NCBI GenBank assembly: GCA_000436835.1
Contig: FR889161.1
Coordinates: 112,741-176,740, forward strand
Source: Eubacterium sp. CAG:251
GTDB lineage: Bacteria; Bacillota; Clostridia; Oscillospirales; Acutalibacteraceae
DNA length: 64,000 nt
Reading direction: 5' to 3'
Every line of letters begins with the position of its first letter. Within the stretch, counting starts at the first letter, position 1. This document shows, piece after piece, positions 41,029 to 50,397 of this stretch. The position numbers and the translations under genes are program-made. The notes under the pieces are model-generated. The model made no database searches, was not told where the DNA came from, and saw nothing but the letters and a program-made list of their open reading frames with translations.

Positions 41029-41046
41029 ATTTTAAATAAGAATTTG

Positions 41047-41076
41047 AAAAGGCGGATTTTATCCGCCTTTTCTTTT
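41047..41076 (+). terminator. Rho-independent terminator
   Basis: AAAAGGCGGATTTTATCCGCCTTTTCTTTT. Confidence 0.8.
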
Positions 41077-41158
41077 ATAAAGAATGGCGGTTTGTGGCTC
41101 AAAATAATAAACAGTCGTCTAATATACGGCGGTTAATCTTATAAAAACAACAAAATGT

Positions 41159-41187
41159 TTGACAAATTGATTAATTTGTATTATTAT
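41159..41187 (+). promoter_or_regulatory. Sigma-A promoter TTGACA-N17-TATTAT
   Basis: -35 at 41159-41164 and -10 at 41182-41187. Confidence 0.45.
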
Positions 41188-41219
41188 TGCTGTACTAAAT
41201 AACTAACGAGGCGAATAAG

Positions 41220-41552
41220 ATGGAAACTGTGTTTACAAATGCAGATTTTATTTCACTTGACGAACATAATAATACATATTCCGTTATGGTTGTAAAAGGC
41301 AAGAATATTGTTTATATGGGTTACAGTGTACCGCTTGCTTACGATGATGCAAAAATTGTTGATTTGGGCGGCAGAGCTGTTCTTCCTTTGGTGAATGATA
41401 AAATGTGCTTGACCTATAGGAATAATGCAGAGTGTACTAAACTTGAAGCAGGGCAGTCGGCAGACTTTGCCGTTGTTGATAAAAATATACTTAAGGATAA
41501 CCAAGATTTAAAGGTGATAAGTGTATATATCCACGGTAAGAAAAAAGATTGA
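41220..41552 (+). pseudogene. Amidohydrolase-3 (YtcJ-like) remnant: N-terminal and C-terminal beta-sandwich segments fused in frame, catalytic TIM barrel deleted
   Basis: N-terminus FTNADFISLDEHN...KGKNIVYMGYS...AKIVDLGGRAVLP resembles an amidohydrolase N-terminus. The C-terminus LEAGQSADFAVVDKNIL...VISVYIHGKKK resembles an amidohydrolase C-terminus. No metal-binding barrel lies between them, and the product is 110 aa. Confidence 0.5.
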
Positions 41553-41561
41553 TATAAATGA

Positions 41562-41599
41562 AAAATTCCGTTTGAGATTTTCAAACGGAATTTTTTTAA
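41562..41599. terminator. Bidirectional terminator
   Basis: AAAATTCCGTTTGAGATTTTCAAACGGAATTTTTTT. Confidence 0.75.
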
Positions 41600-42564
41600 T
41601 TCACTTTATTTTTTAACTCTCTGCCGTGGATTATATTTTGCGTGTTTTCAAGAATGTTTTTATAAATTCTTTCAACAGTTAAATGTGTAATTCCTGCGAT
41701 ATGAGGTGTTAAAATCAGTTTATCCTTAAGCTTTATATCAAGCAAAGGATTGTCCTTTTCAAGCGGTTCGGGAGTAAAGACATCAAGCCCGGCACCTGCG
41801 ATTTCGCCTTTTAACAGGGCGTTTTTAAGTGCATTATTATCCACCAAATCCCCACGTGACGTATTTATTAAAAATGCGTCGTTTTTCATTTTTGAAAGGA
41901 AATTATCATCAACCGTATTTATTGTATCCGGTGTTACCGCAAGGTGGAGAGATACTATATCGCTTTCGCTTAAAAGCTTGTCAAGGTTTACATATTGAAC
42001 GTTTAGCTTTTCTTCAAGGTTTTTATATCTTGTGCGGTTTGTATAAATAACTTTAGCCCCTAAGGCATTACAAAATTCAGCCGTTTTTCTTGCAATATCG
42101 CCAAATCCGATTAAGCCGACGGTACATTCGCTGAGTTCTTTTTTTACACCAAAAGAAGCTTTTTTAAACTCAATTTGCCTGCCGTTATATATTTCGTCAA
42201 CACCCTTTGAAAAATTCCTTAAGCAGCCGAGCATAAGAAACAGCGCAACCTCGCTTACCCCTGTATCGTTTACACCCTTATTGTTGCAAACAGGTATGCC
42301 TTTTTTTGTGGCATATTCAACGTCAATACCCTGATATCCTACACCTTCGCTCATAATAAGCTTTAAATTCGGCATTGAGTCAATAAGCGTTTTGTCAAGC
42401 GTGCCCATAGCGTCGATAAAAAGTAAATCCGTATCAAATCCGTCTGATAAAAGTCTGTCACTTTCGTTTAATTTAAAAAATTTAACATTATGTTTTTTTA
42501 TTTCAGGTATGCAGTTAAAAACTTTTTCCCTTGTAGAAACGCTTGAAAAAAACGTTATATTCAT
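41596..42564 (-). CDS. D-isomer-specific 2-hydroxyacid dehydrogenase (glycerate/hydroxypyruvate-reductase-like)
   Basis: NAD-binding GLIGFGDIARK and a catalytic RG(D)...H...E pattern. Confidence 0.8.
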   Translation of the reverse strand: MNITFFSSVSTREKVFNCIPEIKKHNVKFFKLNESDRLLSDGFDTDLLFIDAMGTLDKTLIDSMPNLKLIMSEGVGYQGIDVEYATKKGIPVCNNKGVNDTGVSEVALFLMLGCLRNFSKGVDEIYNGRQIEFKKASFGVKKELSECTVGLIGFGDIARKTAEFCNALGAKVIYTNRTRYKNLEEKLNVQYVNLDKLLSESDIVSLHLAVTPDTINTVDDNFLSKMKNDAFLINTSRGDLVDNNALKNALLKGEIAGAGLDVFTPEPLEKDNPLLDIKLKDKLILTPHIAGITHLTVERIYKNILENTQNIIHGRELKNKVN

Positions 42565-42670
42565 ATTTTCACTTCTTTTGCAGTCTTTTTAAAAAATATT
42601 ATATCATTTCAAATACTAAGTGTCAAAAACATTTCGCTTTGATTTGCATATAATAATTTGAGGTGATTTT

Positions 42671-44494
42671 ATGTGCGGCATTGCCGGAATATTAAGCAGC
42701 GATATAGATTTAAGAGGAGAAAAGCTTCTTGTTGAAAAAATGGGAAAAACTCTGAAAAAAAGAGGTCCCGATGCAGCAGGCCTTTATCTTACACCAGAGG
42801 TGGCGCTTGTTCACAGGCGGCTTTCGGTAATCGATGTTGAAAACGGCGCTCAGCCAATGCATTTCGGCAAATATGTTATAGTCTATAACGGTGAGATTTA
42901 TAATACGGATGAAGTAAGAAATGAGCTTGAAGGCTTCGGTTATAGGTTTGATACTCATTGCGATACCGAGGTTGTATTAAAGGCTTATGATAAATGGGGA
43001 AATGAAAGTGTTAAAAAGTTGAACGGGATTTTTGCCTATGCAATTTATGATAAAAAGGAAAACTCACTTTTTGCCTGCCGTGACAGAATAGGTGTTAAAC
43101 CGTTTTTCTATAATAAAACAAAAAATACATTTTCTTTCGCAAGCAAGATTGATACGCTTTTGTGCCAACCTTATGTTAAAAGTGCGGTTGACGAAGAAGG
43201 ACTTTATGAGATATTTATGCTCGGCCCCGCAAAAACAATCGGTAAGGCAATTTTTAAGGATATTTGTGAACTTCCTCCCGCTTTTTGCCTGACATATAAA
43301 AACGGTGAAATCAAAACATATCCTTATTGGAAATTAGAGGCTAAGGAGTTTAATGAAAACGAGGAGACGGCGGCAGAACATACCTACCTTCTTGTTAAGG
43401 ACTCGATTGAACGTCAGCTTGTAAGCGACGTGCCACTTGCAACATTTTTATCGGGTGGGCTTGATTCCTCAATTATTTCAAAAATTGCGAGCGATAAATA
43501 TAAGGAAAGCGGAAAAACGCTTGATACCTATTCGGTCGATTATACGGATAATGACAAATATTTCAAAAAAAGCCTGTTTCAGCCAAATAAGGATTCGGAT
43601 TATATTGACGTGATTTCAAGCTATATAGGCTCTAATCATCACAATATTGTTTTAAATAATGTTGACGTTGCGAATGCGCTTGAGGAAGCGGTAATCGAAC
43701 GTGGCGTTCCCGGATTTGTTGATATTGATTCTTCACTAATGCTGTTTTGCAAGGAAGTAAAAAAAGATTTTACTGTTTGCCTTTCGGGCGAGTGCGCTGA
43801 CGAAATATTTGCAGGTTATCCTTGGTATCATAAAAAAGAGATTCTTTTTGAAAATGTTTTTCCGTGGGCAAGAAATACTAACATTAGGCAAAGAATACTT
43901 AAAAACGGCTTTTTAAGCGACGGCGAGGAATATTTGCAAAGCGCTTATAAAAACACGCTTAAAAATATATCGTATTTAGAGAGCGACGATAAAATCAATA
44001 AAAGAATGAGAGAAATGTTTGTGCTTAATCTAAATTGGTTTATGCAAACGCTTCTTGCAAGAAAAGATAATATGAGTATGGCTTCGTCGCTTGAGGTCAG
44101 AGTTCCGTTTTGTGATTACAGGCTTGTTGAATATGCATATAATATGCCGTGGAATATTAAGGCGCTTGACGGCAGGGAAAAGGGAATACTGAGAAAAGCG
44201 TTTGAAAACGATTTGCCAAAGGAAATTGCGTGGAGAAAGAAAAGCCCTTATCCAAAAACTCATAATCCCGCTTATTTTGCAAGGGTTAAGGAACTTCTTG
44301 CAATTGCGCTTACCGATAAATCGACTCCGCTTATGGATTGGATAGATATTGACAATTTATATCTTCTTTTGCAAAATCCCGACTCACTCCCCGAACCGTG
44401 GTACGGTCAACTTATGGGTATTCCTCAAATTGCGGCTTATATTTATCAAATTTATGCGTGGATTAAGCATTACAATGTTGAATTTGAAATATAA
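42671..44494 (+). CDS. asnB: Asparagine synthase (glutamine-hydrolysing)
   Basis: MCGIAG N-terminal nucleophile and SGGLDSS PP-loop, at 607 aa. Confidence 0.9.
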   Translation: MCGIAGILSSDIDLRGEKLLVEKMGKTLKKRGPDAAGLYLTPEVALVHRRLSVIDVENGAQPMHFGKYVIVYNGEIYNTDEVRNELEGFGYRFDTHCDTEVVLKAYDKWGNESVKKLNGIFAYAIYDKKENSLFACRDRIGVKPFFYNKTKNTFSFASKIDTLLCQPYVKSAVDEEGLYEIFMLGPAKTIGKAIFKDICELPPAFCLTYKNGEIKTYPYWKLEAKEFNENEETAAEHTYLLVKDSIERQLVSDVPLATFLSGGLDSSIISKIASDKYKESGKTLDTYSVDYTDNDKYFKKSLFQPNKDSDYIDVISSYIGSNHHNIVLNNVDVANALEEAVIERGVPGFVDIDSSLMLFCKEVKKDFTVCLSGECADEIFAGYPWYHKKEILFENVFPWARNTNIRQRILKNGFLSDGEEYLQSAYKNTLKNISYLESDDKINKRMREMFVLNLNWFMQTLLARKDNMSMASSLEVRVPFCDYRLVEYAYNMPWNIKALDGREKGILRKAFENDLPKEIAWRKKSPYPKTHNPAYFARVKELLAIALTDKSTPLMDWIDIDNLYLLLQNPDSLPEPWYGQLMGIPQIAAYIYQIYAWIKHYNVEFEI

Positions 44495-44543
44495 TTGTGA
44501 TATATTTACTGTATAGAATAAGTTATTGATTAGGAATTTTATT

Positions 44544-45344
44544 ATGACAAATGAAGAATATATAAAAGCAATAGATATGCGCACATCAAGAAGAACATAT
44601 AAAGCAAGAGCGCTTGATAAGAGTATTCTTGAAGTGCTGAAAAATATGGTCGATGCAGTTAACGAGGCAAGCGGTCTTGAATTTCAGCTTGTTGAGGACG
44701 GAACACCTGCATTCAAGATTTTCTCCGGCAGATTTTCGTATATTGCAGTATGCGGCGAAGACAGCGAAGCGGCAAGGATTAAAAGCGGCTATTGGGGAGA
44801 GTCAATCGTGCTTCAATGCGTTTATCATGGTTTGGGTACCTGTTGGGTTTCAGGCACTTATGATGAAAATAAAGTTTACAAAGCAATTGATTTGCCCAAA
44901 AAGCACAGGCTTTATGCCGTAATAGTTGTCGGTTACGTTAAAGATAAGCTCAGCGCTAAGGAAAAACTTATGTATAACGCAACTCATAAGAATAATAAGC
45001 CTTATCAAAAAATGTTTGAGGTTTGCGATAAAAAGCTTCCGCCGTATTATGAATATGCAATGAAGCTTGTTGAAAAAGCGCCGTCTGCCACTAACCGCCG
45101 TCCCGTGCATTTCAGATATGAGGACGATATTATTAAAGGTTATGTTGATGAGCCTTATTCGGATAAAAGCCTTGATTTCGGTATTGCGCAGCTCCATTTT
45201 CAGCTTGGCGCAGCCGCAAAAGGCATTAAGGGCGAATGGGATAATAACGGCAGATTTTGTACTGAAAATGCCAAGGTGATTAAATTCCCTGAAGCTGAAA
45301 ATGACGAGAAAGTAAATATACAGGAGGATAACGAAAATGAGTGA
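44544..45344 (+). CDS. Nitroreductase-family protein
   Basis: RTSRRTY...L motif and nitroreductase-like fold features. The 44526 TTG extension is unlikely. Confidence 0.55.
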   Translation: MTNEEYIKAIDMRTSRRTYKARALDKSILEVLKNMVDAVNEASGLEFQLVEDGTPAFKIFSGRFSYIAVCGEDSEAARIKSGYWGESIVLQCVYHGLGTCWVSGTYDENKVYKAIDLPKKHRLYAVIVVGYVKDKLSAKEKLMYNATHKNNKPYQKMFEVCDKKLPPYYEYAMKLVEKAPSATNRRPVHFRYEDDIIKGYVDEPYSDKSLDFGIAQLHFQLGAAAKGIKGEWDNNGRFCTENAKVIKFPEAENDEKVNIQEDNENE

Positions 45345-46263
45345 TGAAATTAAAAAAATTGACGAAATTTCAGAAACGCAAAATGCGCCTGAAATAAAAA
45401 AAGAAAAGAAAAAGCTTTCAAAAAAAGCTAAAAAAATAATTATCATTGTTGTATCGGTTATTGTATTTCTTCTCGTTGCGGCTGTTGTCGCAGGCGTGTG
45501 TGCGCTCAATTCATATTGCAAAACTAAGGATTATACGGTGGTCGCAACAGCAGATGATGTTACTCTTGTGGCTCATCGTGGTATGAGAAGTGTTGCTCCC
45601 GAAAATACGACAGCGTCATTTAACGAAGCAGGCAGGCACGGCTATTGGGGCGCTGAATGTGACGTTTACAGAACTAAGGACGGCGTTTGGATTGTCTCTC
45701 ACGACAGGCATACCTACAGAATGATGGATGAATCCGCTTTTATTGAAAAGAAAACATACGACGAACTTATGGCTATGAATGTTGACAACGGAGTTAATAT
45801 TGATAAATATAAGGATTTGAAGATGTGTTCACTTGAAGAATATCTTGAAATTTGCAAAAATTATCAAATGACACCTGTTATCGAACTCAAGGGCGAAAAC
45901 AACACTCAGTATTATAATGAAATTGTAAATCTTGCTGAGAAGTATAACCTTAAGCCGGTTTATATTTCGTTCCATCTCGAAAATCTTAAAACTATGCGAA
46001 AGCTTGACACCACAAGCAAAATGTATTACCTTGTTCAAAAAATCAGTGAAAAAGATATTGAAGATGCAAGAAGTATTTTGGATTGCGGCATTGATTTTAA
46101 CGGTAATAAGGAAGCTAATTTTAAAAATGACATTCTTAAAAAATGCCGTGATCAAGGTTTGGACCTCGGTGCTTGGACGATTAATGACCCTGAGGTTATG
46201 AAAAAGCTTGAGAAAAACGGTGTAACGCTTATTACAACAGATTCTATTGAGTACGATAAATAA
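45337..46263 (+). CDS. Membrane-anchored glycerophosphodiester phosphodiesterase family protein
   Basis: N-terminal TM followed by VAHRG...PENT and ECDV...DG...SHD GDPD motifs. GGAGG RBS. Confidence 0.8.
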   Translation: MSDEIKKIDEISETQNAPEIKKEKKKLSKKAKKIIIIVVSVIVFLLVAAVVAGVCALNSYCKTKDYTVVATADDVTLVAHRGMRSVAPENTTASFNEAGRHGYWGAECDVYRTKDGVWIVSHDRHTYRMMDESAFIEKKTYDELMAMNVDNGVNIDKYKDLKMCSLEEYLEICKNYQMTPVIELKGENNTQYYNEIVNLAEKYNLKPVYISFHLENLKTMRKLDTTSKMYYLVQKISEKDIEDARSILDCGIDFNGNKEANFKNDILKKCRDQGLDLGAWTINDPEVMKKLEKNGVTLITTDSIEYDK

Positions 46264-46282
46264 AAATATTATTTAAATAAAA

Positions 46283-46320
46283 AACGAAGATTCACAATAT
46301 GTGTTTCTTCGTTTTTTTAT
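46283..46320 (+). terminator. Rho-independent terminator
   Basis: AACGAAGA...TCTTCGTT stem followed by T7. Confidence 0.6.
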
Positions 46321-46431
46321 TTATACAAAAACGGTAATTTGCATTATATTAGAAAGATGTCTTGTAAAACTGTCGAATTTGTCAAGGAAAATGGCAAAAT
46401 TTTGGTTAATCGGTATATTTATTACAAAAAG

Positions 46432-46489
46432 GTTACAATTTTGTTGTAACATATTACTATAGATTACAAAATGTAATTTATGTTAAAAT
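46432..46489 (+). promoter_or_regulatory. Two palindromic operators (GTTACAAttttgTTGTAAC and ATTACAaaaTGTAAT) overlapping an extended -10 promoter (TGTTAAAAT)
   Basis: Palindromes at 46432-46450 and 46463-46477. TGnTAAAAT at 46481-46489. RBS AAGGAGG at 46505. Confidence 0.45.
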
Positions 46490-46520
46490 GTCAACGTCGC
46501 TTATTAAAGGAGGCGTTATA

Positions 46521-47180
46521 TTGATAAAAATACTGAAAAAGGGTATTCTTGCAGTTGTTATGACAGCGCTCATATTAACTCTTTCCCCACTTACAGCATT
46601 TTCACAAGAATACAAGCCGAGGCTTACAGCTCCAAACGGTGAGCCTTACTATACAAGCAAATTAAACGTTTATTCCCAAACGGGATACGGAATGCCAAAC
46701 TGTGTTGCTTACGCTTACGGCAGGCTTTATGAGCTTAACGGTGAAGCGCCAAAGCTTAACAGAGGTGACGCAGGTCAATGGTGGAGTATCAATAAAAGAA
46801 ACGGTTATTATGATTACGGTGACGTTGCCGAAAGGGGTGCAGTAGCCTGTTGGTCAAACCATGTTGCAATAGTCGAAGAAATTAATAAGGACGGCAGTAT
46901 TACTGTTTCGGAGTCGCATTGGGGCGGCAATTATTTTAACACTAAAACATATTATAATATGTCTTCTCATTACGGACAGAGATTTTACGGCTATATTTAC
47001 GCATACACTCCAAAAGATGACGAAAAAGCAGACAGCAAGTCAAATGATAATGAGACGTATACATTTGAAGATACGTATTTTGAGCCGCAGGAAAAGACGG
47101 CTTTCACCGCTCTTGAATTTAAGCAGAGCAACAATCAAATTATGAATCCCAATAACAATTTTATTTTAAATTCAAAATAA
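46521..47180 (+). CDS. Secreted CHAP-domain protein (cysteine/histidine amidohydrolase-peptidase, cell-wall hydrolase)
   Basis: Signal peptide ILAVVMTALILTLSPLTAFS, catalytic Cys MPNCVAYAYGR and conserved His in HVAIVEE. TTG start 9 nt after AAGGAGG. Confidence 0.8.
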   Translation: MIKILKKGILAVVMTALILTLSPLTAFSQEYKPRLTAPNGEPYYTSKLNVYSQTGYGMPNCVAYAYGRLYELNGEAPKLNRGDAGQWWSINKRNGYYDYGDVAERGAVACWSNHVAIVEEINKDGSITVSESHWGGNYFNTKTYYNMSSHYGQRFYGYIYAYTPKDDEKADSKSNDNETYTFEDTYFEPQEKTAFTALEFKQSNNQIMNPNNNFILNSK

Positions 47181-47209
47181 TAAAAATACGAATATTTATT
47201 GAATTAATT

Positions 47210-47250
47210 AAAGGTGTAATCCCGACAACAGCAGGATTACACCTTTTTCT
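47210..47250. terminator. Bidirectional terminator
   Basis: AAAGGTGTAATCCCGACAACAGCAGGATTACACCTTTTTCTT. Confidence 0.8.
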
Positions 47251-47259
47251 TATTTTTAT

Positions 47260-48459
47260 TTAGTTTAAACCGTTTTTAATTCTGTAAGTCATTGATGACG
47301 GATGTCGGCTTCCCCAAGCAGCATAGATAATTATTGAAATAACATTTGCCACCGAGATAATTGCAAACATATGATTATATCCAACGCAGTCAATGAGAAC
47401 TCCGGCAATGCCGCCGCCTATTCCTATTCCTATGTCATATGCACAAAGGAATGTTGAATTGGCAGCGCCCCTGCGCTCAGGCGGAGCGATATTGACTGCC
47501 ATTGCCTGAAGCGAAGGTTCAATTCCGCCAAAAGCAAAGCCTGATAATACAGATGAAATTATAAATGTAATATTATTAGGAATAAACGCAAGCAAAAGTA
47601 ATGCCGCAAACATAAAAATATTACATATATATACAAATATGCTTTCGCCTTTTTTGTCGGCTTGTTTGCCGATAAACACTCTGGTTAATAACAGTGCAAT
47701 TGCCATAACGGTGAAATAAGCACCGCCGGAAATAGTTATCTTGTCAGATTGCACTGCAAATTTAAGAGTGTAATTCTCAAGTGCACCGTAAGTTAAAAGA
47801 AATATAAGCACAACACACGAAGCAGGCAAAGCATCTTTATCTATAAGATGTTTGATGTTGAATGGCTTTCTTGCAATATTAAGCTTAGGCAGGCTTAAAA
47901 AAGCATACAAAAACAGGCATAATACCATGCACCCTGTTGAAGTTGTAAAAAGCGTTGTAAAGCTTTTATTCATTAACTTTTCACCGATTGCAGGAGCGCA
48001 AGCAGTTGCGAGAGCAGTTGCCATTCCAAACATTCCCATTCCTTCGGAAAATCGCTCTTTAGGAATAATATCAGAGGCTATTGTAGACGTTGACGTGTTT
48101 GAAAAAGCAAGGGCAAATCCGTGAATCATTCGAAATATAACAGCAAGAGCAATTGAGGATAAGGCAGTATAAACAAGCAAATACCCCATTGGCATAAGCG
48201 CCATACCGATAATACCGATAAGCAAAATCAATTTTCGCTTTCCGTTATCAAGCATCCAGCCGACAAACGGACGGCATATAACTGATACAACGCAAAAAAG
48301 CGTGACACACAGACCGGATATGCTGTCTGAATATCCGAGATATGATATAAAAAACGGAAAAGTAGACAGTATCATTAAGTGATTTAAAAAAACAAGAAAA
48401 TTAACAATGATAATTATAATGAAATTCTTGCTCCATAATTTTACATTTTTTTCTTTCAT
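47260..48459 (-). CDS. MFS transporter
   Basis: 12 predicted TM segments with the MFS signature G(K/R)...D. Start at MKEKNVKLW with RBS AGAAGGTG. The 48564 extension runs through a terminator hairpin. Confidence 0.8.
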   Translation of the reverse strand: MKEKNVKLWSKNFIIIIIVNFLVFLNHLMILSTFPFFISYLGYSDSISGLCVTLFCVVSVICRPFVGWMLDNGKRKLILLIGIIGMALMPMGYLLVYTALSSIALAVIFRMIHGFALAFSNTSTSTIASDIIPKERFSEGMGMFGMATALATACAPAIGEKLMNKSFTTLFTTSTGCMVLCLFLYAFLSLPKLNIARKPFNIKHLIDKDALPASCVVLIFLLTYGALENYTLKFAVQSDKITISGGAYFTVMAIALLLTRVFIGKQADKKGESIFVYICNIFMFAALLLLAFIPNNITFIISSVLSGFAFGGIEPSLQAMAVNIAPPERRGAANSTFLCAYDIGIGIGGGIAGVLIDCVGYNHMFAIISVANVISIIIYAAWGSRHPSSMTYRIKNGLN

Positions 48460-48486
48460 ATAGCACCTTCTGAATTTTATTTGAGC

Positions 48487-48524
48487 AAAAATAAAAAGCG
48501 TAAGCCCATCCGGACTTACGCTTT
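48487..48524 (-). terminator. Rho-independent terminator after tarJ (minus strand)
   Basis: GCGTAAGTCCGGATGGGCTTACGC followed by TTTTTATTTTT on the minus strand. Confidence 0.7.
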
Positions 48525-48619
48525 TCGCTACTCGATGTATTGATTTTATCACTTTATATTGCAAAAAGTCAAATGTTTTTTGAAAAATAAATTATACTTT
48601 TTTGTTTGCGCTTAAAAAT

Positions 48620-49645
48620 TTATTCTTCCCATTTCATAATGGTCTTACCAAATGACTTTTGCGTATCTTTTTCAAATGCATTTTTAATATCGGTTGTAGT
48701 ACGAACTACATTGACAGAATTGATAAGATTGCCGAGGTAATCGATAATCTCAGGATGCTTTTTATACATATCAACAGTCTTTGCAAAGTCCTTAACACCG
48801 CTTCTTGATGAGCCGAATACACGAAGACCTTTTTCAAGAATCATTCTTGTATTAATAGGAACAGGATATTCGCTGACACCTAAGATTGAAATAGTGCCCT
48901 CAGGTTTTATAAGACCGATAATTTGCTCAATTGCAATCGGACTTCCGTTTCCGCCTACACATTCAAATGCGTGGTCAGTAGTAAACCCGTCCGGTACTTC
49001 GTTTACAAGATGGGTTTCGTCTGCAAACGTGAAATCCGCAAGCTTGTCGCTTGAAGTGCCGAAAACGACGATTTTAGATTTTGGAAAATGATATTTTAAG
49101 AATAAAGAAGTTATATATCCGAGGTTGCCGTCACCCCAAACGGAAATGGTATTTCTTCTTGCGTGCGCAATCTTGTCAAAGCGTGAAATGGCATGAACTG
49201 AAACAGAAACAATCTCAGTAAATGCAGCAACAGTCATATCGATATCGTCCGGAAGCTTAACAAGCCTTTTAGGCGAAATTTCAACAAATTCCTGCAAAAA
49301 GCCGTCCATAGACGAGCCGCAGAATTTTGAAGAACGAAGATAGTTCTCTGCAATAAATTCGTCCTTTTCAACAGGAGCGTTAGGAACCATAACAACCTTG
49401 TCGCCGGTTTTAAATGTTCCCGTAGGGTCAAGAAAAACTTCGCCTACACCTTCGTGAATAAGCGCCATAGGAAGCTTTTCGGCAAGCACCTTTGCATCAC
49501 GTGTTCCGAGATAATATCTCATATCTGCATTGCAGATAGACAAATATGTAGGCCTTACAATTGCGTTTTCACCAAAAAGGTTGATATCTTCAAAAGCAAT
49601 CTCAAATCTTCTTGGGGCAACGAGCCTGTAAACAGTATTAATCAT
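48620..49645 (-). CDS. tarJ: Ribulose-5-phosphate reductase (Zn-dependent MDR alcohol dehydrogenase family, TarJ)
   Basis: MDR fold with the Zn ligand in CNADMRY. The start overlaps the tarI stop (ATGA). Pairing with an IspD-like gene is diagnostic. Confidence 0.75.
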   Translation of the reverse strand: MINTVYRLVAPRRFEIAFEDINLFGENAIVRPTYLSICNADMRYYLGTRDAKVLAEKLPMALIHEGVGEVFLDPTGTFKTGDKVVMVPNAPVEKDEFIAENYLRSSKFCGSSMDGFLQEFVEISPKRLVKLPDDIDMTVAAFTEIVSVSVHAISRFDKIAHARRNTISVWGDGNLGYITSLFLKYHFPKSKIVVFGTSSDKLADFTFADETHLVNEVPDGFTTDHAFECVGGNGSPIAIEQIIGLIKPEGTISILGVSEYPVPINTRMILEKGLRVFGSSRSGVKDFAKTVDMYKKHPEIIDYLGNLINSVNVVRTTTDIKNAFEKDTQKSFGKTIMKWEE

Positions 49646-50351
49646 CGCTTTCGTCCTCCAACAAAGACTTGGCAACCTTAAGGTCATAAGGATATGTTAT
49701 TTTCATATTAAAGGTTTCACCCTCAACAAGCGCAACATTTTCGCCTTTAATAACAAATATCTTAGCGGCATCTGTAAGAATATCTTTTTCCTCGTCTGAA
49801 AGCGAATTGTAAATATTCTTAAGTTTAAGTGCATTGAAAGATTGCGGAGTTTGACCCTGATACATTTTGCTTCTGTCAGGGATTGAACTTATAACAGTGT
49901 TGTCATTAGCCTCAACAATCGTATCAGTAGCGGGAACGACAGTATCGCAAGCGCCGTACTGCTTTGCAAATTCAATGTTTTCTTTAATAATTCTGCCCGT
50001 AACAAAAGGACGAACGCTGTCGTGAGTAACAATAATTGTATCGTCGTTGAGGTTGCCCTCGGCTTCAATAAACTTAATTGCATTCATAATAGTTTCGTTT
50101 CTTGTATCGCCGCCCTCGATAACGGCAATTTTGTCACTTGCAGGGGCAATGTGCTTTTCGATAAGATTTTTTGTATGTTCAACCCATTGCTTAGGGCAGA
50201 GAACGATAATCTTTTCGAAATCAGGAACAGCAAAAAATTTCTCTATCGTGTAAACAATGATAGGCTTGTCCTTTACCGTAAGATATTGCTTAGGCTTGTC
50301 GCCGCCCATTCTTGAGCCGACACCGCCGGCTAATATAACTGCATAAACCAT
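49638..50351 (-). CDS. tarI: Ribitol-5-phosphate cytidylyltransferase (IspD family, TarI)
   Basis: AVILAGGVGSRMGGDKPKQY nucleotide-binding motif, at 237 aa. Confidence 0.8.
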   Translation of the reverse strand: MVYAVILAGGVGSRMGGDKPKQYLTVKDKPIIVYTIEKFFAVPDFEKIIVLCPKQWVEHTKNLIEKHIAPASDKIAVIEGGDTRNETIMNAIKFIEAEGNLNDDTIIVTHDSVRPFVTGRIIKENIEFAKQYGACDTVVPATDTIVEANDNTVISSIPDRSKMYQGQTPQSFNALKLKNIYNSLSDEEKDILTDAAKIFVIKGENVALVEGETFNMKITYPYDLKVAKSLLEDESDD

Positions 50352-50397
50352 AAATTTAAACTCCTTGTAAGGTTTGTTATATATTTGTATATTTATA

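Noticed and set aside
46357-46449. 30-codon ORF (MSCKTVEFVKENGKILVNRYIYYKKVTILL) upstream of the CHAP gene
   Set aside because: The start codon abuts the only purine-rich stretch with zero spacing. The ORF overlaps the palindromic operators, so it is probably non-coding.
48460-48564. N-terminal extension of the MFS transporter (MQYKVIKSIHRV...)
   Set aside because: It contains the tarJ terminator hairpin. MKEKNVKLW has an RBS and starts the first TM segment.
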